This document shows, piece after piece, positions 50,952 through 64,000 of a DNA stretch of 64,000 nt. The notes under the pieces were generated by a model. It saw nothing but the letters and a program-made list of their open reading frames with translations. It ran no database searches and was not told the origin of the DNA. Position numbers and translations under genes: made by a program. Each line of letters begins with the position of its first letter. Within the stretch, counting starts at the first letter, position 1. The stretch is from Octopus vulgaris (taxonomy: Eukaryota). The stretch spans positions 10,664,001 to 10,728,000 of the forward strand of contig CATOCA020000001.1 in NCBI GenBank assembly GCA_951406725.2, given 5' to 3'.

Positions 50952-51438
50952 GAGGTTATGAGAGGTAATGGTGTCAATAAAACACAAAGGTGTCAGGTAC
51001 TAAAGCGGCTTACACAAGGTACAGGAATCTTTTATGTAAACCATTCTGCCTAAATAATGGAGCTACAGATACAATATCCCTGCATATCTCACATCTATTT
51101 TCATTCCTCCACTCCACTCTCTATTTCATATCTTATCTAGAATAACTATTGCTTAACAATCTCCTCACACCGTCTACGGTGAAGGGATATATAAATTATC
51201 CCGGAAACAGCTCTAAGACCTTCTCTTTATAAATGTTCTGAGATCTTTCACAGCCTGAGATTTTTATTTCATTCTGTTAATTTTTTTTCATATCTACGCA
51301 TGCTGATATATGAGATACGTTGGACTCCTCATTTCCTGAATCACCGAACATGGAGCTTAACTACAGTCTGTCCATAACACTTACTCAGCATTACCTGGCA
51401 CCTTTGGGATTTATTGACCCCATTACCTCTCATAACCT
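50952..51438. mobile_element. Non-autonomous element with ~47-bp inverted ends and a degenerate hammerhead; paralog at 61334-61845
   Basis: AGGTTATGAGAGGTAATGG..TCAATAAA...AAAGGTGTCAGGTA vs TACCTGGCACCTTTGGGATTTATTGACCCCATTACCTCTCATAACCT. Internal GTCT.ACGGTGA.AGGGATA..TATCCC.G.GAAA.CAGCTC.TA.AGAC. Confidence 0.6.
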
Positions 51439-51459
51439 ATATATATATATATATATATA

Positions 51460-51571
51460 GGTGAGCTCGAATCCCGGACCGGGCTGCGTGTTGTGTTCTT
51501 GAGCAAGACCCTTTATTTCACGTTGCTCAAGTTCACTCAGCTGTAGAAGTGAGTTGCGACGTCACTGGTGC
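51460..51571 (+). mobile_element. Fragment of another tRNA/CORE-like SINE
   Basis: B-box-like GCTCGAATCCC followed by GTGTTCTTGAGCAAGAC CORE-like segment. Confidence 0.5.
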
Positions 51572-52062
51572 ATTTACTCAGCATTACCTGACACCTTTGG
51601 GATTTATTGACTCCATTACATCTCATAACCTTTATATAGAGAGTGAGAGAGAAAGGAGGGAGACGGGAGAGAGAGGGAGTCAGTATGAGACAATATATTA
51701 GACAAAGTTTAATAATTTTCATCAAATAAATCAAATGATGCAGATTGGATGTTAAAATGGATTATCCTTTTATTTCATAATCCCATCCCAGATAATTGTT
51801 TCTGAGAAAAAAAGAACCAAGATATCCATAAAGAGATTTAATGAAAAAGATTACAGAGATGTACTTGCATTGCAAGTGATTTGATCTGAGATCGTGTGCT
51901 GAAACGAAAACAATTGCAGCGTGGAAGGTGTTTTTAAGCCATTTAAGATACACACAAAAGCCGTTCGATTTACTTCAACATTTAAGTTCAATTCGTCAAA
52001 GTATTTTCGTCGCTATAAGACCGCGACATGCGGTCTTATAGAAAACATTTTTTTAAATATAT

Positions 52063-52468
52063 GAGTGGCTATGTGGTAAGTAGCTTGCTAACCAACCACA
52101 TGGTTCCGGGTTCAGTCCCACTGCGTGGCATCTTGGGCGAGTGTCTTCTGCTATAGCCCCGGGCCGACCAATGCCTTGTGAGTGGATTTGGTAGACGGAA
52201 AATGAAAGAAGCCTGTCGTATATATGTATATATATATATGTGTGTGTTTGTGTGTCTGTGTTTGTCCCCCTAGCATTGCTTGACAACCGATGCTGGTGTG
52301 TTTACGTCCCCGTTACTTAGCGGTCCGGCAAAAAAGAGACCGATAGAATAAGTACTGGGCTTACAAAGAATAAGTCCCGGGGTCGATTTGCTCGACTAAA
52401 GGCGGTGCTCCAGCATGGCCGCAGTCAAATGACTGAAACAAGTAAAAGAGTAAAAAGAGTAAAGAGTA
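52063..52468 (+). mobile_element. Near full-length tRNA/CORE-type SINE, plus strand
   Basis: GAGTGGCTATGTGGTAAG...GGTTCAGTCCC...GGTGCTCCAGCATGGCCGCAGTCAAATGACTGAAACAAGTAAAAGAG. Confidence 0.9.
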
Positions 52469-52524
<56 letters not shown>

Positions 52525-52528
<4 letters not shown>

Positions 52529-52653
52529 TATTTACATTTTATTTACATCGTTGCGGCTGATATCGTGGGCTCTCATTCCTCAGGTACTTTTCGATGTTGC
52601 CATTATGAATATTATTATTTTTATTATTATTATTATTATTATCATTATCATAA

Positions 52654-52688
<35 letters not shown>

Positions 52689-52872
52689 TTTAATATTATT
52701 ATTATTATTTTTATTATTATTACTTTATCATTATTATTATTCATGTCACTGCCTGGAATCGAAGTCGGAATGTTGGGGTTAGTAGCCCGCGCCATTACCC
52801 ACTATGCCATATTCCCGTGGGCATATGGCATAGTGATTAAGACACCTGATGAACGCTGGAGGGTATATCACG
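52525..52872. mobile_element. Deleted paralog of the head-to-head tRNA/hammerhead element at 62405-62850
   Basis: Same order: tail remnant, (ATT)n, inverted tRNA-like head, palindromic junction, ACACCTGATGA start of the hammerhead. Confidence 0.7.
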
Positions 52873-52963
52873 GGTAGAGTTCATGAAAATATCACTTCTA
52901 TAATTCATGTATATATATATGTATTCATCCATATGTATATATATCTTTATATATTTTTTATAT

Positions 52964-53075
<112 letters not shown>

Positions 53076-53319
53076 TATACATTCAATTCTGGGGGATGTC
53101 AATTTATTTACTGCTATTCCTTGAAGCAAGGCGAATTATTTTTTTTTTACGTTCTTTGCCCTCAAAGGTCTTTGCGAGTTCAAAAACCCTGAAGCTTTAC
53201 GATAGTGTCACATTTATACTGACTGTTATTTCTAATAAACATTGGTGCCATGTTGAACCACAACTCACTCACTCTCTCTCTCTCTTTCTCTCTCTCTCCC
53301 ACTCTTTCTCTCTCTGTCC

Positions 53320-53368
<49 letters not shown>

Positions 53369-53523
53369 CATGCACACAGATACATGAATAGATATTTGTA
53401 AATATATCTCTACATATATGCAAACAGACATGCATAAATGGATACACACGCACACACACACAAACACACACACACATACACACACACACATATATATATA
53501 TATATATGTGTATATATATATAT

Positions 53524-53559
<36 letters not shown>

Positions 53560-53600
53560 ATACATTTACGTACGTGTGGTTATACGGATAGATAGATATA

Positions 53601-53642
<42 letters not shown>

Positions 53643-53875
53643 ACATATATATAAGGTATGTCCATATATATACCTACTGATACATCTATACATGCAAATG
53701 CAGACATGTAATAGTGCGCGTGCGTGTTTAGCCTTGACAATAATGATGATGACGATTATGATGATGACGTTGACGAAAGCTGCTTACAGGTATATAAAAC
53801 TGTCTGACCTGATTTTTGACTAAGAGGCCTGCAGTCGTTAATGTTAAGTCAAGTGTGACTCAGTTTCAACATTCT

Positions 53876-53939
<64 letters not shown>

Positions 53940-54002
53940 ACACAGATAAACACGCAGGTGACTCAGACCAACAATTACTGCTATATCGTGCCTACCCAGA
54001 TG

Positions 54003-54392
54003 TGGCAAGCTAGTAGAAACGTTAGTGCCCCGCGCGAAATGCTTAGCCGTATTTCGTTCGTCGCTAAGAACTGAGTTCAAATTCCACCGAGGTCAACTTT
54101 GCCTTTCATCATTTCGGGGTCGATAAATTAAGTACCAGTGACGCACTGGGGTCGATTAATCGACGTAATCCGTTTGTCTGTCCTTGTTTGTCCCCTCTAT
54201 GTTTATTCCCTTGTGGCTAATAAAGAAACAGATATTTCGCCCGTCGATACGTAATGAGTTCAAATTCAGCCGAAGTCGACTTTGCCTTTCATCATTTCGG
54301 GGACGATAAATTAAGTACCAGTCAAAGACTGAAGGTCGATGAGTTCGACTTGTTCCCCGCCCAAATTTCACGCCTTGTGCCTATTGTAGAAC
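54003..54392 (+). mobile_element. Nin/Deu-domain-like SINE dimer
   Basis: Two copies of GAGTTCAAATTC...TTTGCCTTTCATCATTTCGGGG.CGATAAATTAAGTACCAG; paralogous to 49818-50552 and to the start at 63953-64000. Confidence 0.7.
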
Positions 54393-54582
54393 TATACATC
54401 TTGTTCAGCCTGTTCGAATTGTGCCAATGCTAACATTCACTTTTAACGTTTTAGTGTCGATGAAATAAGAAGCAGGTTCATATCGGGGTCGAAGTAATAA
54501 ACTAGCAAACTCCCACAACAACAATTTGGGACTTGTATATATGGCTTTTTTTCACTTTCTCTATTCCTCACTCACTCGTTAC

Positions 54583-54636
<54 letters not shown>

Positions 54637-54663
54637 ATGTATTTATGTATGTATGTATGCATG

Positions 54664-54711
<48 letters not shown>

Positions 54712-54816
54712 TCAATTTAGGGTAGTAAAAAATTCGATAAAAATTTATCACTACCAGCGGCCCAGTGGAAAAGAAAAATAGTCATGAGACTAAAATGTAA
54801 ATATATAACAATTTAG

Positions 54817-55219
54817 GAATGGCCTTAACAGGCCATTCGTCCACTAGACAGAGCAGCCATAACTCCAACCGCCAAGTAATGTAATTCGGAAATAGGTGAA
54901 AAATTAAAAACGTTTACCCTAATTCATCTTTTAGACGATGCATCGTTTCTGTGTTTTTAATGATAGACCAGCTTAATTAAATTAAATTAAGCTAATTAAG
55001 CCAAAGGTTTCTTTACTGACGAAGCGTGACCTAGTGTAGATTAGCTTAATTTAATTTAATTAAGATGGTCTATCATTAAAAACGCAGAAACGATGCATCG
55101 TCTAAAAGATGAATTAGGGTAAACGTTTTTAATTTTTCACCTATTTCCGAATTACATTACTTGGCGGTTGGAGTTATGGCTGCTCTGTCTAGTGGACGAA
55201 TGGCCTATTAAGGCCATTC
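54817..55219. repeat. Long palindrome: 180-bp arms (54817-54996, 55040-55219), 43-nt spacer
   Basis: Arms are reverse complements with about 3 mismatches by eye. Confidence 0.95.
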
Positions 55220-55225
55220 TAGTTG

Positions 55226-55320
<95 letters not shown>

Positions 55321-55331
55321 TATACTTATAT

Positions 55332-55392
<61 letters not shown>

Positions 55393-55398
55393 TATACT

Positions 55399-55570
<172 letters not shown>

Positions 55571-55579
55571 GCACATATT

Positions 55580-55941
55580 GGATGTGTGGTAAGTAGCGAT
55601 CTAACCAATCACATGCTTTTGGGTTCAGCATGACAGAGCAGGGAAGTGTCTTCTACTATTTCCTCGGCCCGAATAAAGCTTTTTGAGCGGATTTGGTAGA
55701 TGGAAACTGAAAGAAGCCTTCGTATATTTATGTATGTATATGATTGTGTGTCTGTGCTTGTCCCCCACTATCGCTTGACAACCGATGTTGGTGTGTTTCC
55801 GTCTCCAAAATATAGCGGTCCGGCAAAAGATAGAAGATAGAATAAGTAATAGGCTTACAAAAATTAGTCCTGGGGTCGATTTGTTCGACTGTAGGCGGAC
55901 TCCAGTATGGTCGCAGTTATATGACTGAAACGAATAAAAGA
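55580..55941 (+). mobile_element. Diverged tRNA/CORE-type SINE; a further 5' fragment lies at ~56243-56372
   Basis: GGATGTGTGGTAAGTAGCG...GGGTTCAG...GGATTTGGTAGATGGAAACTGAAAGAAGCC...ATGACTGAAAC. Confidence 0.75.
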
Positions 55942-56067
55942 ATATATATATAATATAATATATGTGTGTGTATATGTGTGTAAAATAAGTATGTATATAT
56001 ACATACATGAATATATATATGAAATATATTTGTGTATGTATGCATGCATATATATGTGTATGTATGC

Positions 56068-56108
<41 letters not shown>

Positions 56109-56164
56109 TACGTGTGTGCGTATGTATGTAATTTATGTGTATGTATGTAATATATATATATATT

Positions 56165-56199
<35 letters not shown>

Positions 56200-56735
56200 A
56201 TATGTATGTATGTATATATATATATATATGTGTATGTATAATTAGCTTGCAAACCAACCATATGGTTCTAGGTTCAGTCCCACAACATGACAATTTCGAC
56301 AAGTGTCTTTTGCTATAGCATCGTTTCCGACCAAAGCCTTGTGAGTGGATTTGTTAGACGGAAACCGAAAGATATATATTTAATATCTATATCTCTCTAT
56401 AGATTTAAAATTTTATTCTTTTGTCTTTAATCTTCTGTCATCTGATTTATTCTTTTATGTTCTGTGAATACTCTGTCTGGAACTTCCTGCATACACGTGG
56501 TCTCTGACGACGGAATACCCTGAGGTCTGGAGATGCTGACCCATCACCTGTGTTATCCAGAAACTGAGATATTAACTACTTCTACTTCTCCATTTTTCAT
56601 TCCACTCTAATTAAATATTCTAAATGACCCGAGATACTCGCCCTGTTTTGGTTTTCATTTATTTTCTTTAATATGTATGTATGTTCTCTTTAATATATTA
56701 TATATTCTCTTTCTATATATATATAGATATATATG

Positions 56736-56789
<54 letters not shown>

Positions 56790-56822
56790 TATATAAATTT
56801 ATATGTCTGTATGTATATATGT

Positions 56823-56883
<61 letters not shown>

Positions 56884-56888
<5 letters not shown>

Positions 56889-57179
56889 CGTGATCACCGT
56901 GACCGACCATCAGATGTTGCTACACATCGCTGGTCACAATGCGTTTGTATTGTTTTAGCCTTCGAACGACGCCACCCCGCTGGCTCAGCGAGCAGGCCAA
57001 CAGAAGAAAGAGTGAGAGAAAGAGTGGTGAAAGGGTACAGCAGGAATCACCACCGCCCCCTGTCGGAGCCTCGTGGAGCTTTTAGGTGTTTTCGCTCAAT
57101 AAACACACACAACGCCCGGTCTGGGAATCGAAGCCGCGTTCCTCCGACCGCGAGTCCGCTGCCCTAACCACTGCGCCTC

Positions 57180-57180
<1 letters not shown>
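56884..57180 (-). mobile_element. tRNA-derived SINE of a separate family (possibly tRNA-Arg-like); 5' part also at 63456-63597 (+)
   Basis: Minus strand GGAGGCGCAGTGGTTAGGGCAGCGGACTCGCGG...TTCGATTCCCAGACCG (A and B boxes), then body and CACGGTGAT tail repeats. Confidence 0.75.
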
Positions 57181-57220
<40 letters not shown>

Positions 57221-57221
57221 G

Positions 57222-57282
<61 letters not shown>

Positions 57283-57693
57283 ATACATATATATACACAT
57301 AAGTGTGTGTGTGTGTGCCATAAGCTGTTTTCACTGTCCGTCTTGTTTATAGCAGAGAACGTTTGCTCTAGGTGCCATGCAGTGGAATTGAACCCGAAAT
57401 CCTGTTGTTCAGAAACGAACTGCTGACCACACAGCCACGCCTATACCTGTAACGCTTGTCTACGTGTCTGTGTGTGTATCCATACATATATCACTATATA
57501 CACGTTTCTAATTATATGTGTGTAAGTATGCATGTGTGTGCCTGTGTATATACAGATAATTCGATTGAATGTTAAGGTGTCGGACGATGTCAGGCAGAGA
57601 GATTATGACGTCACAAGAACAAAATAGATTTAAAGAGAGAGCTTGTCATTTTCTTCTCTTCTCTCACTCTCTCCCCAAACCTTTCTTCTCTCA

Positions 57694-57849
57694 TAATAAT
57701 TACATCGAAAAATACCTTAGAAATGAGAACCCAGGTTCGAAATTTCCCACGACACCTGATGAAAGCTGGAGGGTATATCAAGCGAAGCGTTGTGTTAACA
57801 ACAAACAAGATGAGGACGAATATCCGTCAAATGTAAATAATGTAAATAA
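57694..57849 (+). mobile_element. Headless copy of the hammerhead-tailed short element
   Basis: ACATCGAAAAATACCTTAG...GACAC CTGATGA AAGCTGG...ATCAAGC GAAG CGTT GTGTT...(AATGTAAAT)2 tail. Confidence 0.7.
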
Positions 57850-58077
57850 GAAGTTTTATCGTTTCAAATTTTTTAATTCTTTGCTTGTTTCAGCGTATTT
57901 TTGACCACCAAAATGACCAAGATTGTATTTTTAGCTGCATTACTAAAGGCATTATGTGACTTCGGACCGTTCATTGCTTATACTGTCAATATAGTCGAGT
58001 GAAATTCTTGACGTGTATCTAAAGGAAATGTTGACCGGCCATAACCAAGGATATTCTATTCGATAACAACTTCAAAC

Positions 58078-58116
<39 letters not shown>

Positions 58117-58119
58117 TTG

Positions 58120-58163
<44 letters not shown>

Positions 58164-58194
58164 TGTGTGTGTGTGTGTCAAAATATATATATTA

Positions 58195-58246
<52 letters not shown>

Positions 58247-58302
58247 CAAATATATATACATATACGTATATATATTAGAGAGAGAGAGAGAGGGTGGGTA
58301 TA

Positions 58303-58500
58303 TTAAGGACTTTGTAAGGAAATCACATGGAGTGTCAGTTGGAATTGATCCAAAAGCCATAGAAACCCTTGCTTCAGACCGAGTTGAATGGCAAACAAAA
58401 TTGCAGTGAAAGTTTTGAAGAAGCCAGGATGACCCAATCAAAACTGAAAACAAAATTAAAGAAAAATGTTATTATCAACGAGAAAATGAATCTCAACAAT
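58303..58500 (+). mobile_element. Degenerate RTE-like LINE ORF2 C-terminal fragment
   Basis: [24 protein letters not shown] resembles the KD.LK..L....I....WE.LA.DR..W terminus of RTE-clade proteins. Confidence 0.45.
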
Positions 58501-58899
58501 TTCTTTTGTGTGTGAGCATATTTTCTGAAAATTCTATTACTGTACTAATTTTCTCCACCAAGTTCACAGCTTAACTACAGCTCTTGGTAGTCCAAACCGG
58601 GTATGCAATTTAAGTGAGAAGGAAAAAGAAAGATGAGACCGATAGATCACGTACCAGGTCTTTTCTAAAACAAATCAGTTCTAAGGTCGATTTGTTCCAC
58701 TGAAACACTTCAAGGTGTTGCTCTAGCATGGCGCACTCAGATAAGTGAAACAAGTAAACGAATATTGTATAGACTAAGCTCATTTTGTGGAGGCACATGG
58801 CCTAGTAAATCGGAAAACTGATCAATTGAATTCTTGTGATGCATATGTATGCATGTATGTATAAATATATGTATGCGTGTATGTATTTATGTATGTATC

Positions 58900-59238
58900 T
58901 ATGTATGAGGTATGTATATATGTTTCTGGGTATGTATGTACGACGTATTTATGTATGTTTCTTATTTTGTATCCATGTAATTATGTATATTTCTATGTAT
59001 GTATGTGATTTGTATAAATGAAGAAAGTGAGAGAGGGCGGAAGAGAAGGAGAGAGATAGGAATGATTAAAAATTAAAAAAATAGGACTTCTTGGGAGTGA
59101 TATATAAAATATTTATATATGTAAATAGAAAGAAACAAAATACTGAAGAACATTTAATTATATATATGTATATATATATATATATTTGTGTGTGTGTGTG
59201 TGTATGTGTGCGTGTGAGTGAGTCTCTGTGAGTGTGTG

Positions 59239-59277
<39 letters not shown>

Positions 59278-59445
59278 GAGAGAGATAGAGAAATACAATC
59301 ATAACCCACCACAAATTAGGCGAAAGTAATACACAGGCACACACACATACATGAATATATATTTGTAAATAAATATATTCCTACATATATGCATACATAC
59401 ATTCATAGATTGATGCACACACATTAACACATGCACACAAATATA
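58900..59445 (+). repeat. Older diverged copy of part of the array unit (~5700-6550)
   Basis: Shared TTATGTATATTTCTATG...AAATGAAGAAAGTGAGAGAG...AGGACTTCTTGGGAGTG and AGTAATACACAGGCACAC blocks; the candidate exon is largely missing. Confidence 0.85.
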
Positions 59446-59451
59446 TGCATA

Positions 59452-59780
59452 TCTCTTATTATAAAAGGCAGATTTTATCTGCCTCCCTTTGGGAGTTATA
59501 CAAATCTACAATATAGGATTTCTTCAATTACAATTTACCTAGCAGTTTTAAGAGTACAATGCATCGCGTCATGCCAGGTCCAGTTTTTAAAATTTAAGCT
59601 CCAATTAAGCAAAATTTACAGAAAACTCACATTCTGGTGTGTGTGTCAAATGCTTTTCTTAGTCTGGTTTACACCACACGCAAACGCACACACACAGTGG
59701 GCAACGAATAAAATGAAAGTAAATAGCGACAGAGTGATTTGAGGAAGACTAAAGTGAAAGTATTCTGTCTATGACGCTGA
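59452..59780 (+). mobile_element. Possible Helitron-like 5' fragment
   Basis: Begins A|TCTCTTATTATAAAA (TC start, as in the element at 60612); no CTAG end identified. Confidence 0.3.
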
Positions 59781-60143
59781 TAGATACATGAGTAAAATGT
59801 ATGGGAAGCTAAGAGCTAAGAGTGAGTGAAAATGTTCTTGGAAGAGAGTAATTAGTAATAAAGTAAACATACACTCATACATACGTACATACATACATAC
59901 ATACATACACACACACACATACACACACACATACATACACACACACATACATACATACACACATACACACATACATACATACATATACATACATACATAT
60001 ACATACATACATACACACACACACATACACACACACACAGTATTGAAGCTTGAGAACAATCAGATACATTTGCAACACATCTGTTGAAAATATTATTGTT
60101 CACACACATACATATACATATATACATACAGACAGACAGACAG

Positions 60144-60176
<33 letters not shown>

Positions 60177-60231
60177 ATCCAGCATGGCCACAACCTCAAG
60201 GCTGAAACATATAAAAGAATAACAGAATATA

Positions 60232-60590
60232 AATGTGTGCAAAGTACAAGAAATATTAATGCAGTATATGGGGATTGGACAATAAGCGTAAGGCAGTGTC
60301 AATGGTGGTTCCAGAAATCCCGAGCCATAAACTACAGCCTAGAAGACGAGCCTCATCCTGAAAGATCTGTAGAACTCGACAAGGACATCCTGAAAACCCT
60401 GGTGGAACAAAATATCATCGTAACTGTTGAGGAACTAGCAGAGAAGCTTGGATTTGGTCATTCAACCATTCATTGAGACCTGTGTGCTATCGGAAAAGTC
60501 AGCAAATTGGGTCAATGGGTTCCTCACGAACTTTCCGAGTCTAATTGCATGCAGAGAGTGAATGTATGCTTTTCTTTGCTGTCACATCTC
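60232..60590 (+). pseudogene. Mariner (Tc1/mariner) transposase N-terminal fragment
   Basis: RNINAVYG..ISVRQCQWWFQK...SLEDEP...VEELAEKLGFGHSTIH*, then GKVSKLGQWVPHELS (diagnostic WVPHEL motif); in-frame stop. Confidence 0.9.
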
Positions 60591-60611
60591 ACCACTACTG
60601 CGCTATGTATA

Positions 60612-61247
60612 TCTATATATATAAAACTGTAGTTGTATGAGTGTCTGTCCCCTTCGATTTAGATTCCTAACTACTCCCACATTTTGCGGTGCAGTTTAAC
60701 CAAATTCGGGTATCTTATAGTCGTGATTCATATCGAGCCCGTCTGAGTATTAGCGCGCGTCTACGATGAGTCTTCGATTTTAAAAATAATTTAACATCAT
60801 TTTTTATTCCATTTTAATGCATAATTTTTCGTGTGTCGATGGCGGCGGAGTTGGCGTCCACGCTCACACCTGCACCTGTGGGGAAGGGAGTGTAAGGAAA
60901 TCAACGTCGTAATGCGTTGTCAAGGAGACCAGTGTTCTTTTAGAACAACGACTTCATGGCTTGAAGACACCAAGACAGAAATGGCTAAGAAAGCGTCTAC
61001 ATGAGTCTACGATTTAAAAAAAAAATTACCATCGTTTTTTTTCCATTTTAATGCATTTTTCGCTATTATATAAGGGAAGTAAATCTCTAAAAATCTCTAC
61101 GATGAGTCAACGATTTAAAAAAAAATTTACCATCATATTTTTTCCATTTTTAATGCATTTTTTGCTATTTTTTGGCTATAACTCTCTAAAAATGCTTATA
61201 TAGTTATTTCCCTTACAAACCCGAGCAACGCCGGGCGATACTGCTAG
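60612..61247 (+). mobile_element. Non-autonomous Helitron
   Basis: A|TC start, subterminal GC hairpin CCCGAGCAACGCCGGG, CTAG|T end, no TSD; three internal repeats of CTACGATGAGTC..CGATTT.AAAA. Confidence 0.8.
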
Positions 61248-61279
61248 TATATATATATATGTGTGTGTGTGTGTGTATT

Positions 61280-61328
<49 letters not shown>

Positions 61329-61333
61329 TATAT

Positions 61334-61843
61334 TGAGGTTATGAGAGGAAATGGTGTAAATAAGACTCAAGGTGTCAGGTAATAATACTTTGAATACTAT
61401 GTAAATACTATAGCAGCTTACACACAAGGTACAGGAATCTTTTCGGTAAACCATTCTGCCTAAATAATGGAACTACAGATACAATATCCCTGCATTTCTC
61501 ACATCTATTTTCATTCCTCCACTCCACTCTCTATTTCATATCTTATCTAGAATAACTATTGCTTAACAATCTTCTCACACCGTCTCGTGAAGGGTATATA
61601 AATTATCCCGGAAACAGCTCTAAGACCTTCTCTTTATAAATGTTCTGAGATCTTTCACAGCCTGAGATTTTTATTTCATTCTGTTAATTTTTTTTCATAT
61701 CTACGCATGCTGATATATGAGATACGTTGGACTCCTCATTCACATAACCACCGAACATGGAGCTTAACTACAGTCTGTCCATAGCACTTACTCAGCATTA
61801 CCTGACACCTTTGGGATTTATTGACCCCATTACCTCTCATAAC

Positions 61844-61920
<77 letters not shown>

Positions 61921-62275
61921 ATATGAGACAATATATTAGACAAAGTTTAATAATGTTCATCAAATAAATAAAATGAAGCAGATTTGATGTTAAAATGGAT
62001 GATCCTTTTATTTCATAATCCCATCCCAGACAATTGTTTCTGTGAGAAAAAAAAACAAGATATCCATAAAGAAAAAGATTACGGAGATGTACTTGCATAG
62101 CAAGTGATTTGATCTGAGATCGTGTGCTGAAACGTAAACAATTGCAGCGTGGAAGGTGTTTGTAAGCCATTTAAGAAACACACAAAAGCCGTTCGATTTA
62201 CTTCAACATTTAAGTTTAATTTGTCAAAATATTTTGGTCGCTATAAGACCGCGACTTGCGGTCTTATAGAAAAAG
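61334..62275 (+). repeat. Diverged segmental duplicate of 50952-52045
   Basis: Collinear blocks; lacks the SINE fragment at 51460-51571 and the SINE at 52063. Confidence 0.9.
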
Positions 62276-62276
62276 G

Positions 62277-62850
<574 letters not shown>

Positions 62851-62864
62851 TTAAATATAGAACT

Positions 62865-62922
<58 letters not shown>

Positions 62923-62965
62923 AAATCTCAGAATGAGATTGAAACAGTAATCGCTCGACAATGTA

Positions 62966-63082
62966 AGCCATCTTAACATGGCTAACCACATGTCTAAAGC
63001 CAGCTGGAGACGACGTTCTCCTGGGGCTATAAAGCTACAGTAACACCCCTCCCCTATCTGGTTAGCCATGTTAAGATGGCTT
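62966..63082. repeat. ~24-bp inverted repeat around a ~70-bp spacer
   Basis: AAGCCATCTTAACATGGCTAACCA ... TGGTTAGCCATGTTAAGATGGCTT. Confidence 0.9.
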
Positions 63083-63087
63083 CTATA

Positions 63088-63120
<33 letters not shown>

Positions 63121-63150
63121 ATAACAGGCATACATTGCTGAAAGTGTTCA

Positions 63151-63395
63151 ATACTTCAATTTAAGTGGTATTTTTTTCATTTATTACGGCAGCAGGGGCT
63201 TAAAGTTTGTCTTGTACCCCATACAACAAATGTTTATAATCCTGGTTGTTTAGTGATTTAGAATTATTATTCCCACGGATAATAATTCTAAATCACTAAA
63301 CAACCAGGATTATAAACATTTGTTGTATGGGGTACAAGACAAACTTTAAGTCCCTGCTGCCGTAATAAATGAAAAAAATACCACTTAAATTGAAG

Positions 63396-63398
<3 letters not shown>
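63151..63398. repeat. Near-perfect palindrome: 120-bp arms, 8-nt loop TCCCACGG
   Basis: 63151-63270 is the reverse complement of 63279-63398 with one mismatch seen. Confidence 0.95.
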
Positions 63399-63443
<45 letters not shown>

Positions 63444-63834
63444 TGTGTGTGTGTGGGAGGAGCAATAGCCTAGTGGTTAAGGCAGCGGACTCGCGGTCGC
63501 AGAATCGCGGTTTCGATTCCCAGACCGGGCGTTGTGTGTGTTTATTGAGCGAAAACACCTATAGAAAGCTCCATGAGGCTCGGCAGGGGGTGGTGATCCA
63601 TATTTGTCCATATTTGTCCATATATATACCTACCTATACATCTATATATACAAATGCAGACATGTAATTGTGTCTGTGAATGTAAAGCCTTGACAATAAT
63701 AATGATGATGACGATTATGATGATGATGGTGACGAAAGCTGCTTACATGTATATAAAAATGACTGACCTGATTTTTGACTAAGAGGCCTGCAGTCGTTAA
63801 TGTTAAGTCAAGTGTGACTCAGTTTCAACATTCT

Positions 63835-63890
<56 letters not shown>

Positions 63891-64000
63891 ACGCAGATAA
63901 ACACGCAGGTGACTCAGACCAACAATTACTGCTATATCCTGCCCACCCAGATGTGGCAAGCTAGTAGAAACGTTAGTGCCCCGCGCGAAATGCTTAGCCG

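Noticed and set aside
63456-63530. Functional tRNA gene
   Set aside because: A/B boxes are present, but the sequence continues into a SINE body shared with 56884-57180 and I could not form a clean cloverleaf.

Overview
AT-rich, microsatellite-saturated eukaryotic DNA. The SINE/LINE repertoire resembles a cephalopod, probably Octopus (inference). Positions ~1-49.2 kb are a young tandem array: 7 complete units plus a partial 8th, with spacings of 6119, 6114, 6095, 6186, 8597, 6303 and 8542 bp. Each unit carries tRNA/CORE-type SINEs, a 3' fragment of a CR1/L2-group LINE, a fold-back repeat and a candidate 55-nt exon. The two long units also carry an uninterrupted but 5'-truncated Penelope-like retroelement (RT + CxCx5C + GIY-YIG, Naiad-like) with a hammerhead-like motif in its 3' UTR. 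The short units appear to derive from the long unit by one shared ~2.4 kb deletion. Positions 49.2-64 kb are older diverged duplications with Nin-domain SINEs, a mariner fragment, Helitron-like elements and long near-perfect palindromes. The most notable item there is a tRNA-headed, hammerhead-ribozyme-tailed short element arranged head-to-head. Almost all ORFs in the supplied track are translations of microsatellites; no complete host gene is visible.
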